From positions 91,447-155,446 of the forward strand of contig CARUPR010000002.1 in assembly GCA_949077035.1 (NCBI GenBank): DNA of 64,000 bases. Direction: 5' to 3'. The position numbers were made by a program, and so were the translations under genes. Below the pieces are notes generated by a model. It made no database searches. It saw only the letters and a list, made by a program, of their open reading frames with translations, and had not been told where the DNA came from. Below are positions 1 to 10,226 of this stretch, one piece after another (the first letter of the stretch is position 1; the number at the start of each line of letters is the position of its first letter). The stretch comes from an uncultured Eubacteriales bacterium (GTDB lineage Bacteria; Bacillota; Clostridia; Christensenellales; UBA1242).

Positions 1-321
1 GTAGTTTCAAACTCTTTAAGGGATATTCAAGATAGATGCCTTATGATAGAACAACTTGTTGAGCGAGATGAAACTCTTAAAACCATGAATATGGTGCTTG
101 CTGTTGACAACTTGGAGGATAACTGGAACAAAGATGAGTCAAAATTATGCTTTATGGTGCATCATAAAAACATTCAAGAGATAGGGCAAGAAATTGCCAA
201 AATCAAACAATACATTGCAGGTGATGATATTGAAGCATTTAGGGTTTCGATTGAATGCATCAAAATGTATTGTCATGGCTATCTTCACTTCATGGGTGCA
301 AACCTTCATAATGTTTTATAG
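1..321 (+). CDS. C-terminal part of a small DUF4363-like protein (5' end off-window)
   Basis: Frame 1 is open from base 1 with no stop before the listed ATG at 43; stop at 319-321. The tail ...YLHFMGANLHNVL resembles DUF4363-type proteins, from memory only. Confidence 0.4.
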   Translation, partial: VVSNSLRDIQDRCLMIEQLVERDETLKTMNMVLAVDNLEDNWNKDESKLCFMVHHKNIQEIGQEIAKIKQYIAGDDIEAFRVSIECIKMYCHGYLHFMGANLHNVL

Positions 322-384
322 TTTCTTTTATTTTTTAATAATAAAAATTTTTATATAAACCATAAACCATATAAAAAATTGAAT

Positions 385-420
385 AAAAAAGTCCACTTTT
401 AAAAAAGTGGATTTTTTTTT
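385..420. terminator. Bidirectional intrinsic terminator between convergent genes
   Basis: GTCCAC (391-396) pairs with GTGGAT (406-411). An A-run lies 5' and a T-run 3', so it can act on both strands. Confidence 0.6.
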
Positions 421-431
421 GTTGATTGATA

Positions 432-1526
432 TTAATAGACTTTTTCCTTCTTTTTGTGGTAGATGCCTATTCCAACGGTTATACTTATTGCAATCAAGGC
501 AACTCCTATGCTTATTAAAATAATATAAATATAATTAAATTTAACTTTGGTTTCAAGATTTGTATGTTCGCTTTCTAAAATAATGTTGGAGTCTTCTGCC
601 TGATATTCACACCAAATTTCCCATTTTCCATATTTTCCATCATCATCAAATTTAAAGGTGACTCCGGTTTGCTCTGGGTTTTCATATAGGAAAAGCATAT
701 CAGCAAATTCAGGTTTTGTTGTGTCATTTTTGCTGTAAGCATAAAGCTTTCCATCTTGTGTTTGACCTTTTGCGTGCCAAACAAGTTTTGATTTGTCTAT
801 ATATCTATATTCTTCCTCATTTATAAGAGTAAATAGATAGGCAGTCCTAAGAGAGGTATCACTTGTGGTGATTTGCATCTTAGTTTGAGGGGAGTTGTAG
901 ATAACTTTTGTTGGTTCAATAATAATAAAATCAGATTGAGTCAAAGCATCATTTATTGATAGGGTAAATTTATAAATTCCCCATTCTTTTGCAGTTTTGA
1001 TAGTCCCGCCTTCTGTCGCAGAAACACCTTTATTGATTTCAAACTCTGGTTTAAATTTGGTTGCCAGTGTCAAATGACTATCTGTGCCACGCACTGTGGT
1101 TGAAAACTTTTCAAGTCCTTCAAAGTGGACACGATGCTGGGATTCCCATTGTGCTTTTTCTTTATATCCATTTACATAGTCAATAATGATGGATACATCA
1201 TAATAAGGTTGACGGTCAGCATCATATTTAATTGGTGGATTATAACCTTCGGTGTTGATATTAAAAACAAATTTATCTACATCTTTCCAGTCATAAATAT
1301 GGGCAACTTCATTATTGAAAACGCCAGGTGTATTGTCATAGATAAGTTTGCCTTCATGATTTACCACGTCAATTGAAAAAATACCATTTGCAAGAGCAAC
1401 TTCGCCCTGTTTTGCTTCATCAGCCGCCCAAGAACTAAAAAAATTTAATGGCAAAAATGCAAATAATAGACAAGTGAGCAAAACTATTGAAACCAAATAA
1501 ATCAATTTAAATTTTTTGACCTTCAT
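432..1526 (-). CDS. Hypothetical exported type-I membrane protein
   Basis: 364-aa ORF with an N-terminal signal-like hydrophobic segment and a C-terminal TM helix followed by HKKKEKVY. GAGAGG Shine-Dalgarno upstream of the ATG. No recognisable family. Confidence 0.55.
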   Translation of the reverse strand: MKVKKFKLIYLVSIVLLTCLLFAFLPLNFFSSWAADEAKQGEVALANGIFSIDVVNHEGKLIYDNTPGVFNNEVAHIYDWKDVDKFVFNINTEGYNPPIKYDADRQPYYDVSIIIDYVNGYKEKAQWESQHRVHFEGLEKFSTTVRGTDSHLTLATKFKPEFEINKGVSATEGGTIKTAKEWGIYKFTLSINDALTQSDFIIIEPTKVIYNSPQTKMQITTSDTSLRTAYLFTLINEEEYRYIDKSKLVWHAKGQTQDGKLYAYSKNDTTKPEFADMLFLYENPEQTGVTFKFDDDGKYGKWEIWCEYQAEDSNIILESEHTNLETKVKFNYIYIILISIGVALIAISITVGIGIYHKKKEKVY

Positions 1527-1621
1527 CTTTTACCTCTCTTAAGATGATTTTAGCATAAAAATAAAAATAAAAAAAATGTTTTTAAAAGAATTTTAATTAT
1601 ATTTGAATTTTTATTATATTG

Positions 1622-1650
1622 TTGACAAAAAAATGCAAAAATTATATAAT
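1622..1650 (+). promoter_or_regulatory. Consensus sigma-A type promoter (TTGACA-17-TATAAT)
   Basis: TTGACA 1622-1627, 17-nt spacer, TATAAT 1645-1650. The first ATG (1658) is 7 nt after the -10 and has no SD. Confidence 0.6.
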
Positions 1651-1657
1651 CTTAATT

Positions 1658-2515
1658 ATGGAAACTATAGAAATGGAAACATTAGTGCTTGAAAATCAAA
1701 TAGCATTTGATTTTGAAGGCTTGGATGAAAAAGAAGAAAGTCTTATTATGACTGAGAATTTGATAAAACCCCAAAATCACGACTATGTCAAAGAAGAGGT
1801 TTTATTTGTTGTTGTCAAGGCAGACAATGATAATGTTGCAAAGGGGCTTGCAAACCTAAGATTATGTGGCAAAAAAATGATTGATTGGGTCTTGCTTGCC
1901 GGCTCTTGTTGTGAGCAACTTGTTATTGAAGATTGTGAAGATATCATAGGCAGGGTCCGAGGGGTAAACACCGATAAAAAATATATTGCAGTCTTTTATA
2001 GCGACACACCACTTTTTGACAAGGCATCATTCTTTAGGGTGATGGATTATTTTGCTTCAAAGAGCATGAATTTTCTTCAATTGTCACGTGGATTTATTGT
2101 GAAAAGTGACTTCTTAAAAAACAGCCCAAACTTTATCTCAAGTGCGACAGGTGGAAATGACATTCCTTCGCTTATAAGGTGCGATTCTGCTGCTGCTTTA
2201 TCATATGTTTATCAAGTTTTAAATGAAAGAATAATAGATTACCATATAAGAAATGGCGTTTCAATCTTTAGCAAGTCGACAGTGTTTATTGATGCAGATG
2301 TTGAAATTGACAGCACTGTTGTAATCTATCCAAATAATATTTTGCAGGGTGAAAGTGTGATATCGGCTGGCACAATTTTGGAAAGTGGAAATATCATTGA
2401 CAATAGTATATTGCTTGGTAATTGTTTTGTGAAAGGCACCATAATAAAAGACTCTAAAATAAGTGCAGGGACAAGGCTTGAATTTGAAAATAAGATTGTG
2501 GGCGAGGCTAGATAA
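1658..2515 (+). CDS. Truncated, degenerate GlmU-like protein (nucleotidyltransferase fold plus short left-handed beta-helix)
   Basis: Aligns by eye to Bacillus GlmU: ..AVFYSDTPLF.. vs ..VICGDTPLL..; NGVSIF..TVFIDADVEIDSTVVIYPNNILQGESVI vs [34 protein letters not shown]. The G-x-G-T-R-M signature is replaced by KADNDNVA and the C-terminal acetyltransferase part is missing. Position upstream of pth-mfd matches Firmicutes synteny. The TTG at 1619 lies upstream of the promoter -35, so the start is moved to ATG 1658. Confidence 0.5.
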   Translation: METIEMETLVLENQIAFDFEGLDEKEESLIMTENLIKPQNHDYVKEEVLFVVVKADNDNVAKGLANLRLCGKKMIDWVLLAGSCCEQLVIEDCEDIIGRVRGVNTDKKYIAVFYSDTPLFDKASFFRVMDYFASKSMNFLQLSRGFIVKSDFLKNSPNFISSATGGNDIPSLIRCDSAAALSYVYQVLNERIIDYHIRNGVSIFSKSTVFIDADVEIDSTVVIYPNNILQGESVISAGTILESGNIIDNSILLGNCFVKGTIIKDSKISAGTRLEFENKIVGEAR

Positions 2516-3027
2516 TGGTTATCGTAATAGGTCTTGGAAATAAAGGAAGAGAATATCAAAACACCTTTCACAACATTGGTTTTGATGTCGCTGACAGTCT
2601 TTCAAGAAGATTGAATGTAAATTTTTCAAAGGAAAAATATAAGTCAGATTTGGCTGAAGGAAGACATAATGGTTGTCCAGTTTTAATTTGCAAACCAACC
2701 ACTTTTATGAATAACAGCGGTGAGGCTGTCAGCCTTTTAAAACGCAAATATAAGGATGCAAAAATCATTGTTGCTGTTGATGATATAGACCTGCCAAAGG
2801 GTGTTGTCAGATATAGAGAACGGGGCAGTGCAGGGACACATAATGGTTTACGCTCTATAGTGTCTTATATAGGTGAAGATTTTGAAAGGGTGAGGATAGG
2901 CGTTGGCAGAGATAAATCTCTTGACCTTGCTGATTTTGTTTTGTCAAAGATTAAAACAGAAGATAGGTCAATATTAGATAAAGCTGTTGAAGAAGCGGTT
3001 GAAATTATACTTGATAAAATAAAATAA
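2515..3027 (+). CDS. pth: Peptidyl-tRNA hydrolase
   Basis: The N-terminus MVIVIGLGNKGREYQNTFHNIGF is the canonical Pth signature. ATGA overlap with the upstream stop. Confidence 0.95.
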   Translation: MVIVIGLGNKGREYQNTFHNIGFDVADSLSRRLNVNFSKEKYKSDLAEGRHNGCPVLICKPTTFMNNSGEAVSLLKRKYKDAKIIVAVDDIDLPKGVVRYRERGSAGTHNGLRSIVSYIGEDFERVRIGVGRDKSLDLADFVLSKIKTEDRSILDKAVEEAVEIILDKIK

Positions 3028-3127
3028 ATATCACAATAAAAAGAATTTTTTAAAAATAAATTGCTTAATTTTCTTTCGGTTTTAAATTCAATTTTAAATA
3101 AATTATAAAAAACAATTGGAGAAGGAT

Positions 3128-6100
3128 ATGTTTATATCTGATATAAATCCTTTAAAAAACAAAAAAATAATATCATCTTTAGGTGTGGGCGAAAAGGTTT
3201 TGTTGGCCTCAAATTCAGCGCACCTAATTTTTTTGTCTAGCAATTTTGTGTCGGCGGGAAAGCTTAAAAGGGGGCTTGAAGCTTTTGGAAAGAAGGTTGA
3301 GATTGTTTCAAATGCAAGGGAGAATGATGACGAACATGATAAAAATCTTCTTCCCTTTGTGCAAAGTTTAAATAGATATTTGGCAGGTCAAATTGATGCT
3401 CTCATCTTTTTACCATGCTCTGCTATTGTAAAATTTGACAGCAAAAAAATAGAGGCTTTTAGGCTGGAAAAAGGTCAAACAATCAATCTTGACCAGGTGC
3501 TGTCAAAGCTTGTTTCGTTTGGTTATGAAAGGACAAGCCTTGTTGAAATGGGTGGTCAATTTGCACTTCGAGGTGATATTCTTGACATATTTTCAACCAA
3601 TAGTGATAAACCTATAAGGATTGAACTTTTTGATGATTTGATAGAAAATATCTCTATTTTTGACCAAATAAGCATGAAAAACCTCGAAAAAATTGAATTT
3701 TTTGATATTTTCGCTTCATTTTTACCATTAGGCGAAGATTGTGCCTTTGATTTAGAGGGTGACAAAATTTTGGATGAGCCTAAAAAGGTCAATGATGAGA
3801 TAGAGCTTTTGATTAAAAGCTATCAGGTGTCATCAATCTATAAAAAAGAAAATTTTATACCTTTTGATTATCTTCTTAAAAAGGCTGATTTTATTTTTGA
3901 TAACTATCAAATTTTAAAACCAGAATATGTAAATCAAATGCTGCCAACAAGAAGTTATTTGACAGATTATATGGCTCTTAAATATGATATTATTGACTTT
4001 AAAAATCTAAATCAAGCAGTAATTCTTTTTGCAGGTGAAGAGCGATATAAGTTGAATCTGCAAAACTTTTTGCTAGAACAAAAGTTATCCTATAAAGATT
4101 TTGATGATGAAGAGGAAGATGAACTTGAAAGCGGAGTGATTTATCTTTCATCAAAACAAATGCCATATTCCTTTTCCTTTCTTAAAGAGGGTATTGTAGG
4201 AATAGGCAGCGATAGTCTTTTCAGAAAATCTATCACCACATTTTCAAAGAATAAACATAATGCTTTCTATCTGCCTAAAGTGGGTGAATATGTTGTTCAT
4301 ACCTTTCATGGCGTGGGAAAATGTATCAGAATTGAGAGGATGAAAATATCTGACATTGAAAAGGATTATTTTGTCATTGAATATAAAAAAGGCGATATAC
4401 TATATCTTCCAAGTGAAGAGGCAAATACCATTTCAGCCTATGTTGGAAGTGAAATTTCGCCTAAGCTTTCCTCTCTTGGCGGAGGTGAATTTTTACGTCT
4501 TGTAGAAAGGGTAAAATCAAGCATAAAAGAGATGGCAATCTCTCTTGTCGACCTGTATAATGAGCGTGAAAAATTAAAGGGTTTTAAATTTAAAAGAGAT
4601 GATTTTCTTGAAAAACAATTTGCAGATGCCTTCGCATATGGTGAAACGCCTGACCAACTTCGTGCAATAGCAGACATTGACAAAGATATGGAAAGCGACA
4701 AGGTCATGGATAGACTTGTTTGTGGTGATGTCGGCTTTGGTAAAACCGAGGTTGCCCTTCGAGGTGCTTTTAAATGTGTGTATAATGGAAGACAGGTTGC
4801 TCTTTTATGTCCGACAACAATCTTGTCAGAGCAGCATTATCGTTCTGCCAAGGAAAGGCTTGAGCCTTTTGGTGTGAGAGTTGCGGTGATAAATCGTTTC
4901 AGAACACCTCTTCAAGTTAAGGATATTTTAAGACGGGTAAAAGATGGCGAAATTGATGTTTTGATAGGCACGCATAGGCTTCTTAGTGATGACGTGATTT
5001 ATAAAGATTTGGGACTTTTAATTTTTGATGAAGAACAAAGGTTTGGGGTAGAACATAAAGAAAAAATAAAAGACAAATTTAGAAATATTGATGTTATTAC
5101 ATTGTCTGCTACACCAATTCCAAGGACTTTGAATATGTCACTTTCTGGTATACGCGATATATCGATTATTGAAACTCCACCGCGTGACAGGCTGCCAATT
5201 CAAACCTATCTTGCAGAAGAAAGTGAGCAGCTTTATAAAGATGTGATTTTAAGAGAAATGGCAAGAGGCGGTCAAAGTTTTGTTGTTTACAACAGAGTTG
5301 AAAGTATAGAAGAATTTGCAGCATATCTTCGCAGACTTTTACCAGAAGCTAAGATTGGTGTTGCACATGGTCAAATGCCTGAAAAGATGCTTGAAAATAT
5401 CATTGCAAGGCTTTATAATAATGAGTTTAACATTTTGATAGCCACTACTCTTATTGAAAATGGCATAAATCTTCCTCTTGCCAATACCATGATAATTGTT
5501 GATGCTGATAGGCTTGGATTAAGTCAGCTTTATCAGCTTCGTGGTCGAATTGGAAGAAGTGATAAACTTAGTTATGCCTATCTTACTTATACAAAAGATA
5601 AGGTGATAAATGAAGAGGCGGCAAAGCGTCTTGAAACAATGAAGGAATTTAGTCAGCTTGGAAGTGGTTTTAAGATTGCAATGCGTGACCTTGAGATAAG
5701 GGGCGCGGGCAATATATTTGGAAAAGAACAGCATGGCCATATTGAGAAGGTTGGTTATGATATGTATGTTAAACTATTGAATGAACAAGTCCAAGAGATA
5801 AAGGGTGAAACTGTCAAAAAACAGAGTGATGTTAAACTTGAGATTTCACTTTCTGCATATATCAGTGAAGATTATATTGAAGATGGCGACCAAAGAGTTG
5901 TATATTATACAAGAATAGGCGACATTCAATCAAGAGAAGAACTTGATGAACTTATGGTAAGCTTAGAAGATGGTTTTGGGGCAGTTCCTCAAGAAATTAA
6001 AAATCTTGCTCTCTTTGCATATCTTCGCAACCTTGCAGGTCAATATAAAGTTAAGAGAATTGTAATAAACAAACTTGAAAATGTAATATATCTTGAAAAG

Positions 6101-6262
6101 GAAGAAAAGATTATTGAAGAAAACTTGGCTGCAAATCTTGATAAATTTAGAGCAAGACTTTCCTTTGATAATAATATTAAAATTAAGTTTGATTGGGTGG
6201 GAAGTGTTCAAGAAAGGCTGGAAAAGGTGATAGAATTTTTTGAATGTGCTCAATTAAGTTAA
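3128..6262 (+). CDS. mfd: Transcription-repair coupling factor
   Basis: CarD-like segment, superfamily-2 helicase motifs (GDVGFGKTEVA, DEEQRFG, SATPIPRT, QLRGRIGR) and a TRG-type C-terminus. GGAGAAGG SD at 3118-3125 favours ATG 3128 over the listed TTG 3116. Confidence 0.95.
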   Translation: MFISDINPLKNKKIISSLGVGEKVLLASNSAHLIFLSSNFVSAGKLKRGLEAFGKKVEIVSNARENDDEHDKNLLPFVQSLNRYLAGQIDALIFLPCSAIVKFDSKKIEAFRLEKGQTINLDQVLSKLVSFGYERTSLVEMGGQFALRGDILDIFSTNSDKPIRIELFDDLIENISIFDQISMKNLEKIEFFDIFASFLPLGEDCAFDLEGDKILDEPKKVNDEIELLIKSYQVSSIYKKENFIPFDYLLKKADFIFDNYQILKPEYVNQMLPTRSYLTDYMALKYDIIDFKNLNQAVILFAGEERYKLNLQNFLLEQKLSYKDFDDEEEDELESGVIYLSSKQMPYSFSFLKEGIVGIGSDSLFRKSITTFSKNKHNAFYLPKVGEYVVHTFHGVGKCIRIERMKISDIEKDYFVIEYKKGDILYLPSEEANTISAYVGSEISPKLSSLGGGEFLRLVERVKSSIKEMAISLVDLYNEREKLKGFKFKRDDFLEKQFADAFAYGETPDQLRAIADIDKDMESDKVMDRLVCGDVGFGKTEVALRGAFKCVYNGRQVALLCPTTILSEQHYRSAKERLEPFGVRVAVINRFRTPLQVKDILRRVKDGEIDVLIGTHRLLSDDVIYKDLGLLIFDEEQRFGVEHKEKIKDKFRNIDVITLSATPIPRTLNMSLSGIRDISIIETPPRDRLPIQTYLAEESEQLYKDVILREMARGGQSFVVYNRVESIEEFAAYLRRLLPEAKIGVAHGQMPEKMLENIIARLYNNEFNILIATTLIENGINLPLANTMIIVDADRLGLSQLYQLRGRIGRSDKLSYAYLTYTKDKVINEEAAKRLETMKEFSQLGSGFKIAMRDLEIRGAGNIFGKEQHGHIEKVGYDMYVKLLNEQVQEIKGETVKKQSDVKLEISLSAYISEDYIEDGDQRVVYYTRIGDIQSREELDELMVSLEDGFGAVPQEIKNLALFAYLRNLAGQYKVKRIVINKLENVIYLEKEEKIIEENLAANLDKFRARLSFDNNIKIKFDWVGSVQERLEKVIEFFECAQLS

Positions 6263-6360
6263 AAATAATTGATATAAATTTAAAAACAACATCATTTTAG
6301 TTGAAATTTTATGTTTTAATATGCTAAAATATGTTCATATTCATATTATATGGAGATAAA

Positions 6361-8133
6361 ATGAAAACAAAATTTAAAGTTTTTTTAATGTGTTTTGTTC
6401 TGCTTTGTATGTCACTTTTTACAGGATGTTCTTTGGTAGAAACAAACAATGGCAAATTATATAATAAGGTGGTTGCTGAAATCTATAACAAACAGGGCAA
6501 AAAGGTGGCTCAAATTACAAATCGTGATTTGGTTGCTGGCTATGAAAGTTATGGCAGTATTTATGTGCAATACTACAATTATTCAGTTTCTCAAGCTGTT
6601 GATATGACTTTAAAACAACTTGAAAACAGAAAGATAACTATTCTTACAGCAGAGAATCTTTTTGGCATAAAATTTTCAACAGGTGAAGGCCTTGAAGAAA
6701 TTGAAAAAACCTATTTGTATGAATCTGCAGTAAGTTCTTTAAACACAAACTTAGAAAATTATTATAAAGAAATTTTGAATGAAAAAGAAGAAGAAAATAA
6801 GAGTGAAGACATTAAATTCAATGGATATGAAAAAAATGTTGCGCTTGACCGAAATGAAAATGGTGAAATCTATTTAAAGAAACTTGATAAAAAAGACAAA
6901 ATACTTGATGGTTTCCGTCCATCAAATGGTCAAAAAAGTTATTATGTAGATTCAGATAAAGCTGAAATTTATGATAATTTCCTTGACAAAGCTTTCTCAA
7001 ATGAAAATTATAAAAAGGCTTTAAGGTTATATTTAAATGACCTTAAGTCGGCAGAATATGGAATGAAGCTTTCTTCTGACACAAAATCTATCTTTGAAAG
7101 AGAGATTGAAAGACTTTATAAGATTAATTATGAAAATTATATCGTCCAAAAATATTCTGAAAACAACAAAAACAATTCTGATGTTGCCACAGTTTCAACT
7201 GATGATATTTTAAAACTATATTCAAGCAAAGTTAGGGCAGGTTATACAAAATATGTTATTGAAAATAGTGCCAATTATTCTTCTGATGTGAGTGACAAAC
7301 TCAATGAAGTATATTATTTTAGAAATGATGATGAGGCAAATAAATATTTTACTGTTGCAAATATTTTATTTCAATTTACCGATGCTCAAAAAGCCAAATA
7401 TGAAGAAATAAATAAAAAATTGTCTGGTTCAGAGCCTTATGAAGATTATGAAACAGATATGAACACTCTTTATTCACAAATTCAACCTGTAATTCGCAAA
7501 TATAATGAAGACACAAAAATTTATGAAGAGATTGAAAATGTTGATGACTTGACAGTAAATGAAATAATCTATAATAAGATTGAAATTGCTTTAAAGTCAG
7601 CACAAGCTTCAGGTGATGAAAATTTTGTAGGTGATACAATCAACAACTTTATCTATACCTATAATCAAGACCCAGGCATGTTTAATGCAGAGTCAAATTA
7701 TGTCATTGGCGTTGATAGTGAAGGTAAGGCGGTTTCAGACTTTGTTGAAGAATTTAATGATGCAGGATTAAAACTTTATAATAATGGCAAGGGTCAAATT
7801 GGTGATATGCAAGTTGCAAGAAGCTCTTTTGGAATCCATGTCCTGGTTTATACCGGAAAATGCGAAAATCTCTTTGATGGAATTGATGAAGAATTTGAAC
7901 TTAGCGGAATTGCAAATGGCAAAACTGAAAACTTGCAAACAGAAAGTGCGATAAATAAACTTGCTACCAAAAGGGTGAATCTTTTAGTTGACAAGACTTA
8001 TTTAGACCTTTTATATGACCAAATTTATCAAGACACTTTCACATATTTTGAACAGGCAAATATCAATTTCCTAAGAGAAGATTATAAGATTAAGGTTTAT
8101 AGAGGAAGATTTCCTTCAGCTTTAAAGGGTTAA
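6361..8133 (+). CDS. Lipoprotein, PrsA/SurA-like putative foldase with a parvulin-like C-terminal segment
   Basis: Signal peptide with lipobox LFTGC. GGAG SD 5 nt before ATG 6361. The C-terminal DFVEEFNDAGLKL..GQIGDMQVARSSFGIHVLVY resembles a PpiC/parvulin domain. A PPIase gene after mfd is common in Clostridia. Confidence 0.55.
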   Translation: MKTKFKVFLMCFVLLCMSLFTGCSLVETNNGKLYNKVVAEIYNKQGKKVAQITNRDLVAGYESYGSIYVQYYNYSVSQAVDMTLKQLENRKITILTAENLFGIKFSTGEGLEEIEKTYLYESAVSSLNTNLENYYKEILNEKEEENKSEDIKFNGYEKNVALDRNENGEIYLKKLDKKDKILDGFRPSNGQKSYYVDSDKAEIYDNFLDKAFSNENYKKALRLYLNDLKSAEYGMKLSSDTKSIFEREIERLYKINYENYIVQKYSENNKNNSDVATVSTDDILKLYSSKVRAGYTKYVIENSANYSSDVSDKLNEVYYFRNDDEANKYFTVANILFQFTDAQKAKYEEINKKLSGSEPYEDYETDMNTLYSQIQPVIRKYNEDTKIYEEIENVDDLTVNEIIYNKIEIALKSAQASGDENFVGDTINNFIYTYNQDPGMFNAESNYVIGVDSEGKAVSDFVEEFNDAGLKLYNNGKGQIGDMQVARSSFGIHVLVYTGKCENLFDGIDEEFELSGIANGKTENLQTESAINKLATKRVNLLVDKTYLDLLYDQIYQDTFTYFEQANINFLREDYKIKVYRGRFPSALKG

Positions 8134-8200
8134 ATTAAAGTCTTAAAAGCGAATATAAATCTATAAAAATTTAAATTTCAACTTAATTAATCTATGATTT

Positions 8201-8241
8201 AAAAAAAGATGTTTAAAACTTGACAAAAACATCTTTTTTTT
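8201..8241 (+). terminator. Intrinsic terminator of the lipoprotein gene
   Basis: AGATGTTT (8207-8214) pairs with AAACATCT (8227-8234), extended by A/T pairs and followed by a T8 run. The stem is AT-rich. Confidence 0.5.
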
Positions 8242-8257
8242 GGTAATATATATTTAT

Positions 8258-9631
8258 ATGGCTAAAAACAAAAATCAAGGTTTGACTGAAGAGTATAATA
8301 AAGACAATTTGGTTGTAGAAGAAAATAAATCTCTCAAAGATGAGGGAAAATTTTTTGATGACAAAAAAAATATACAAAATGAAGAAGAACTTAAACAACT
8401 TCAAGAAGAAACAATTATACTTCAAAAGAGAAAACTTGATGAGGTAGAGCAGTCTGTATCTAAGAGAAATAGTAAAAAAAGCAAAGTTTTAAATGGTTTG
8501 TTTTTTGTTTTAAATATCGTCATAGTTGCTGGAATTTTGGTTTATCAGCTTCTTAAAGAAGATATGCAGCCAATTGATGGACACTTTGACATTGGTGCAT
8601 TATTTGTTGTTGCTTGCTTGTTGTCACTTGTTGTTTTTACAGAAACGACTGCGATAAGTTATCTTTTAAAACAAACAACAGGGAAATGGCGTTTTGCAAC
8701 ATCATATAAAGTTTCTCAACTTGGGAAATATTATGATTGCGTAACTCCAATGGCTACAGGCGGTCAACCATTTCAAATAACTTATTTAAAATCACATGGC
8801 ACTCCAATTCATACAGCTTTATCAATCCCTCTTGCAAAATATGTTTTCTCTCAAATTGCATGGGTTATGACAAGTTTTATCTGTTTGGTGATTTCATGGT
8901 GTGATAGCAGTTATGGCACTTTTGTGTCTGTTGCAAGTATTTTAGGCTTTATTTTAAGTTCTATCATGCTTTTTGTCACATTATTCCTTTCTGTTTGTAA
9001 AACTGTTGGTAAAAAAATTGTAGTAAAAGTATTAAAGCTTCTTCATAAAATGAAGATTATCAAAAACTATGATAAACAATATGAGAAAATCACAAAATAT
9101 ATAAGTGATTTCCAAGATGTCATGAAACAATATGCAAGTTCGCCCAAGGATTTTATAGTGCTTTTGTTTTTAAGTTTGGCGAAGAATTTTATAAATTATT
9201 CGATGCCTTTCTTTGTTGCAAAATTCTTTATTCCAGACCTTGCTGGTGCAATGTATATAAAACTCTTAGTTATGACCTGTCTGGTTGACCTTTCATCTTC
9301 CTTTTTCCCTCTGCCTGGTGGAACTGGATTGAATGAAATTTCATTTACGGCTGCCTTTGCAGTGGTTGTTGGTTCAGCTCATACTGCATATCTTGCTTGG
9401 GTGTTGATTTTTTGGAGGATATGTTCTTATTACTTCTATCTTCTTCAAGGAGTGTTTATACTATCTTATGATTTTGCCTATGGCTCTAAGAAATATAAAT
9501 GGGAAGTGGTCCGTGATAATTTGGCACAGGAAAGTGCTGTTTTTAAGCAAGAACAAATCAATCGGTTTAGGGCCGAGAGGGCAAAACGAAGAAAATCTAA
9601 AAATAAATCTGGTATAAGAGAATATTTATAA
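8258..9631 (+). CDS. Flippase-like / lysylphosphatidylglycerol-synthase TM-region family (UPF0104) membrane protein
   Basis: Multi-pass membrane protein with TPMATGGQPFQI and PLPGGTGLNE motifs typical of this family. Start set to ATG 8258; the listed 8240 start lies inside the terminator and -10 region. Confidence 0.7.
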   Translation: MAKNKNQGLTEEYNKDNLVVEENKSLKDEGKFFDDKKNIQNEEELKQLQEETIILQKRKLDEVEQSVSKRNSKKSKVLNGLFFVLNIVIVAGILVYQLLKEDMQPIDGHFDIGALFVVACLLSLVVFTETTAISYLLKQTTGKWRFATSYKVSQLGKYYDCVTPMATGGQPFQITYLKSHGTPIHTALSIPLAKYVFSQIAWVMTSFICLVISWCDSSYGTFVSVASILGFILSSIMLFVTLFLSVCKTVGKKIVVKVLKLLHKMKIIKNYDKQYEKITKYISDFQDVMKQYASSPKDFIVLLFLSLAKNFINYSMPFFVAKFFIPDLAGAMYIKLLVMTCLVDLSSSFFPLPGGTGLNEISFTAAFAVVVGSAHTAYLAWVLIFWRICSYYFYLLQGVFILSYDFAYGSKKYKWEVVRDNLAQESAVFKQEQINRFRAERAKRRKSKNKSGIREYL

Positions 9632-9653
9632 TTTCTTGTTGCAAAATAAGTTT

Positions 9654-10226
9654 ATGAAGATTAAACGAGAAAATTATGGATGGCTTTTTGCTACAGTTGT
9701 TTTGGCACTGCTTCTTGCATTGTCAATATATTTGGGTGTAACCGGATGGTATTTTAAAACAGATGTTTCTTATACTACAGATTTAGAACTTGGCAAAAAT
9801 GTCCAAATTGCAGTTAAAAAAAATGAGGCTAGTTCAGCTTCTATGAATTTGGATGGCTCTTATCTCTCAGGGGATAGAATACCTCAAATAATTTCAATAA
9901 AAAACTCAGAAGATGATTCTTCTGTTTATATGCGTGCAAAAATTTTTATCTATTCTGGTGAAAATCAAACATTAAAAATGGATATGGTGGAAACTGTCAA
10001 TTGGAAATATGATGAAGCCGACGGATATTATTATTTTGATGACCTTCTTACCATGCAAAATAAAGTTGCTCTTTGTTCTCATATCATAATTGATAAAGAA
10101 ACGCATCTGCAAACTGATACAAAATATATTTTTACCATTGTGGTTGAAACTCTTGGTGAGGATGAAGATGTTGTCAAACTTTGGGGTAAAAATCCAATTC
10201 AAGAAATATCAGAAGAAGTTTTGTAA
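9654..10226 (+). CDS. Hypothetical N-terminally anchored exported protein (possibly TasA/camelysin-like beta-sandwich)
   Basis: One N-terminal TM or signal segment. The pattern VYMRAKIFI...W.YDEADGYYYFDDLL... recalls SipW-dependent matrix proteins; weak, from memory. Confidence 0.4.
   Translation: MKIKRENYGWLFATVVLALLLALSIYLGVTGWYFKTDVSYTTDLELGKNVQIAVKKNEASSASMNLDGSYLSGDRIPQIISIKNSEDDSSVYMRAKIFIYSGENQTLKMDMVETVNWKYDEADGYYYFDDLLTMQNKVALCSHIIIDKETHLQTDTKYIFTIVVETLGEDEDVVKLWGKNPIQEISEEVL

Noticed and set aside
1619-1657. Longest-ORF start codons in the supplied track (TTG 1619, TTG 3116, ATG 6331, ATG 8240, TTG 9636, TTG 10318, GTG 12447, TTG 15739, GTG 16804, GTG 46271, TTG 57513, TTG 61381)
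   Set aside because: Each is upstream of or inside a recognisable promoter, SD or terminator. A downstream ATG (or TTG 61411) has the proper signal, such as an SD at 5-8 nt or a -10 box at 6-8 nt.
8220-8249. TTGACA-18-TGgTAATAT promoter for the flippase-like gene
   Set aside because: Not fully rejected. The TTGACA lies in the loop of the upstream terminator hairpin (8201-8241), so the match could be coincidental. It is reported only within the leaderless-mRNA finding, not as a separate feature.
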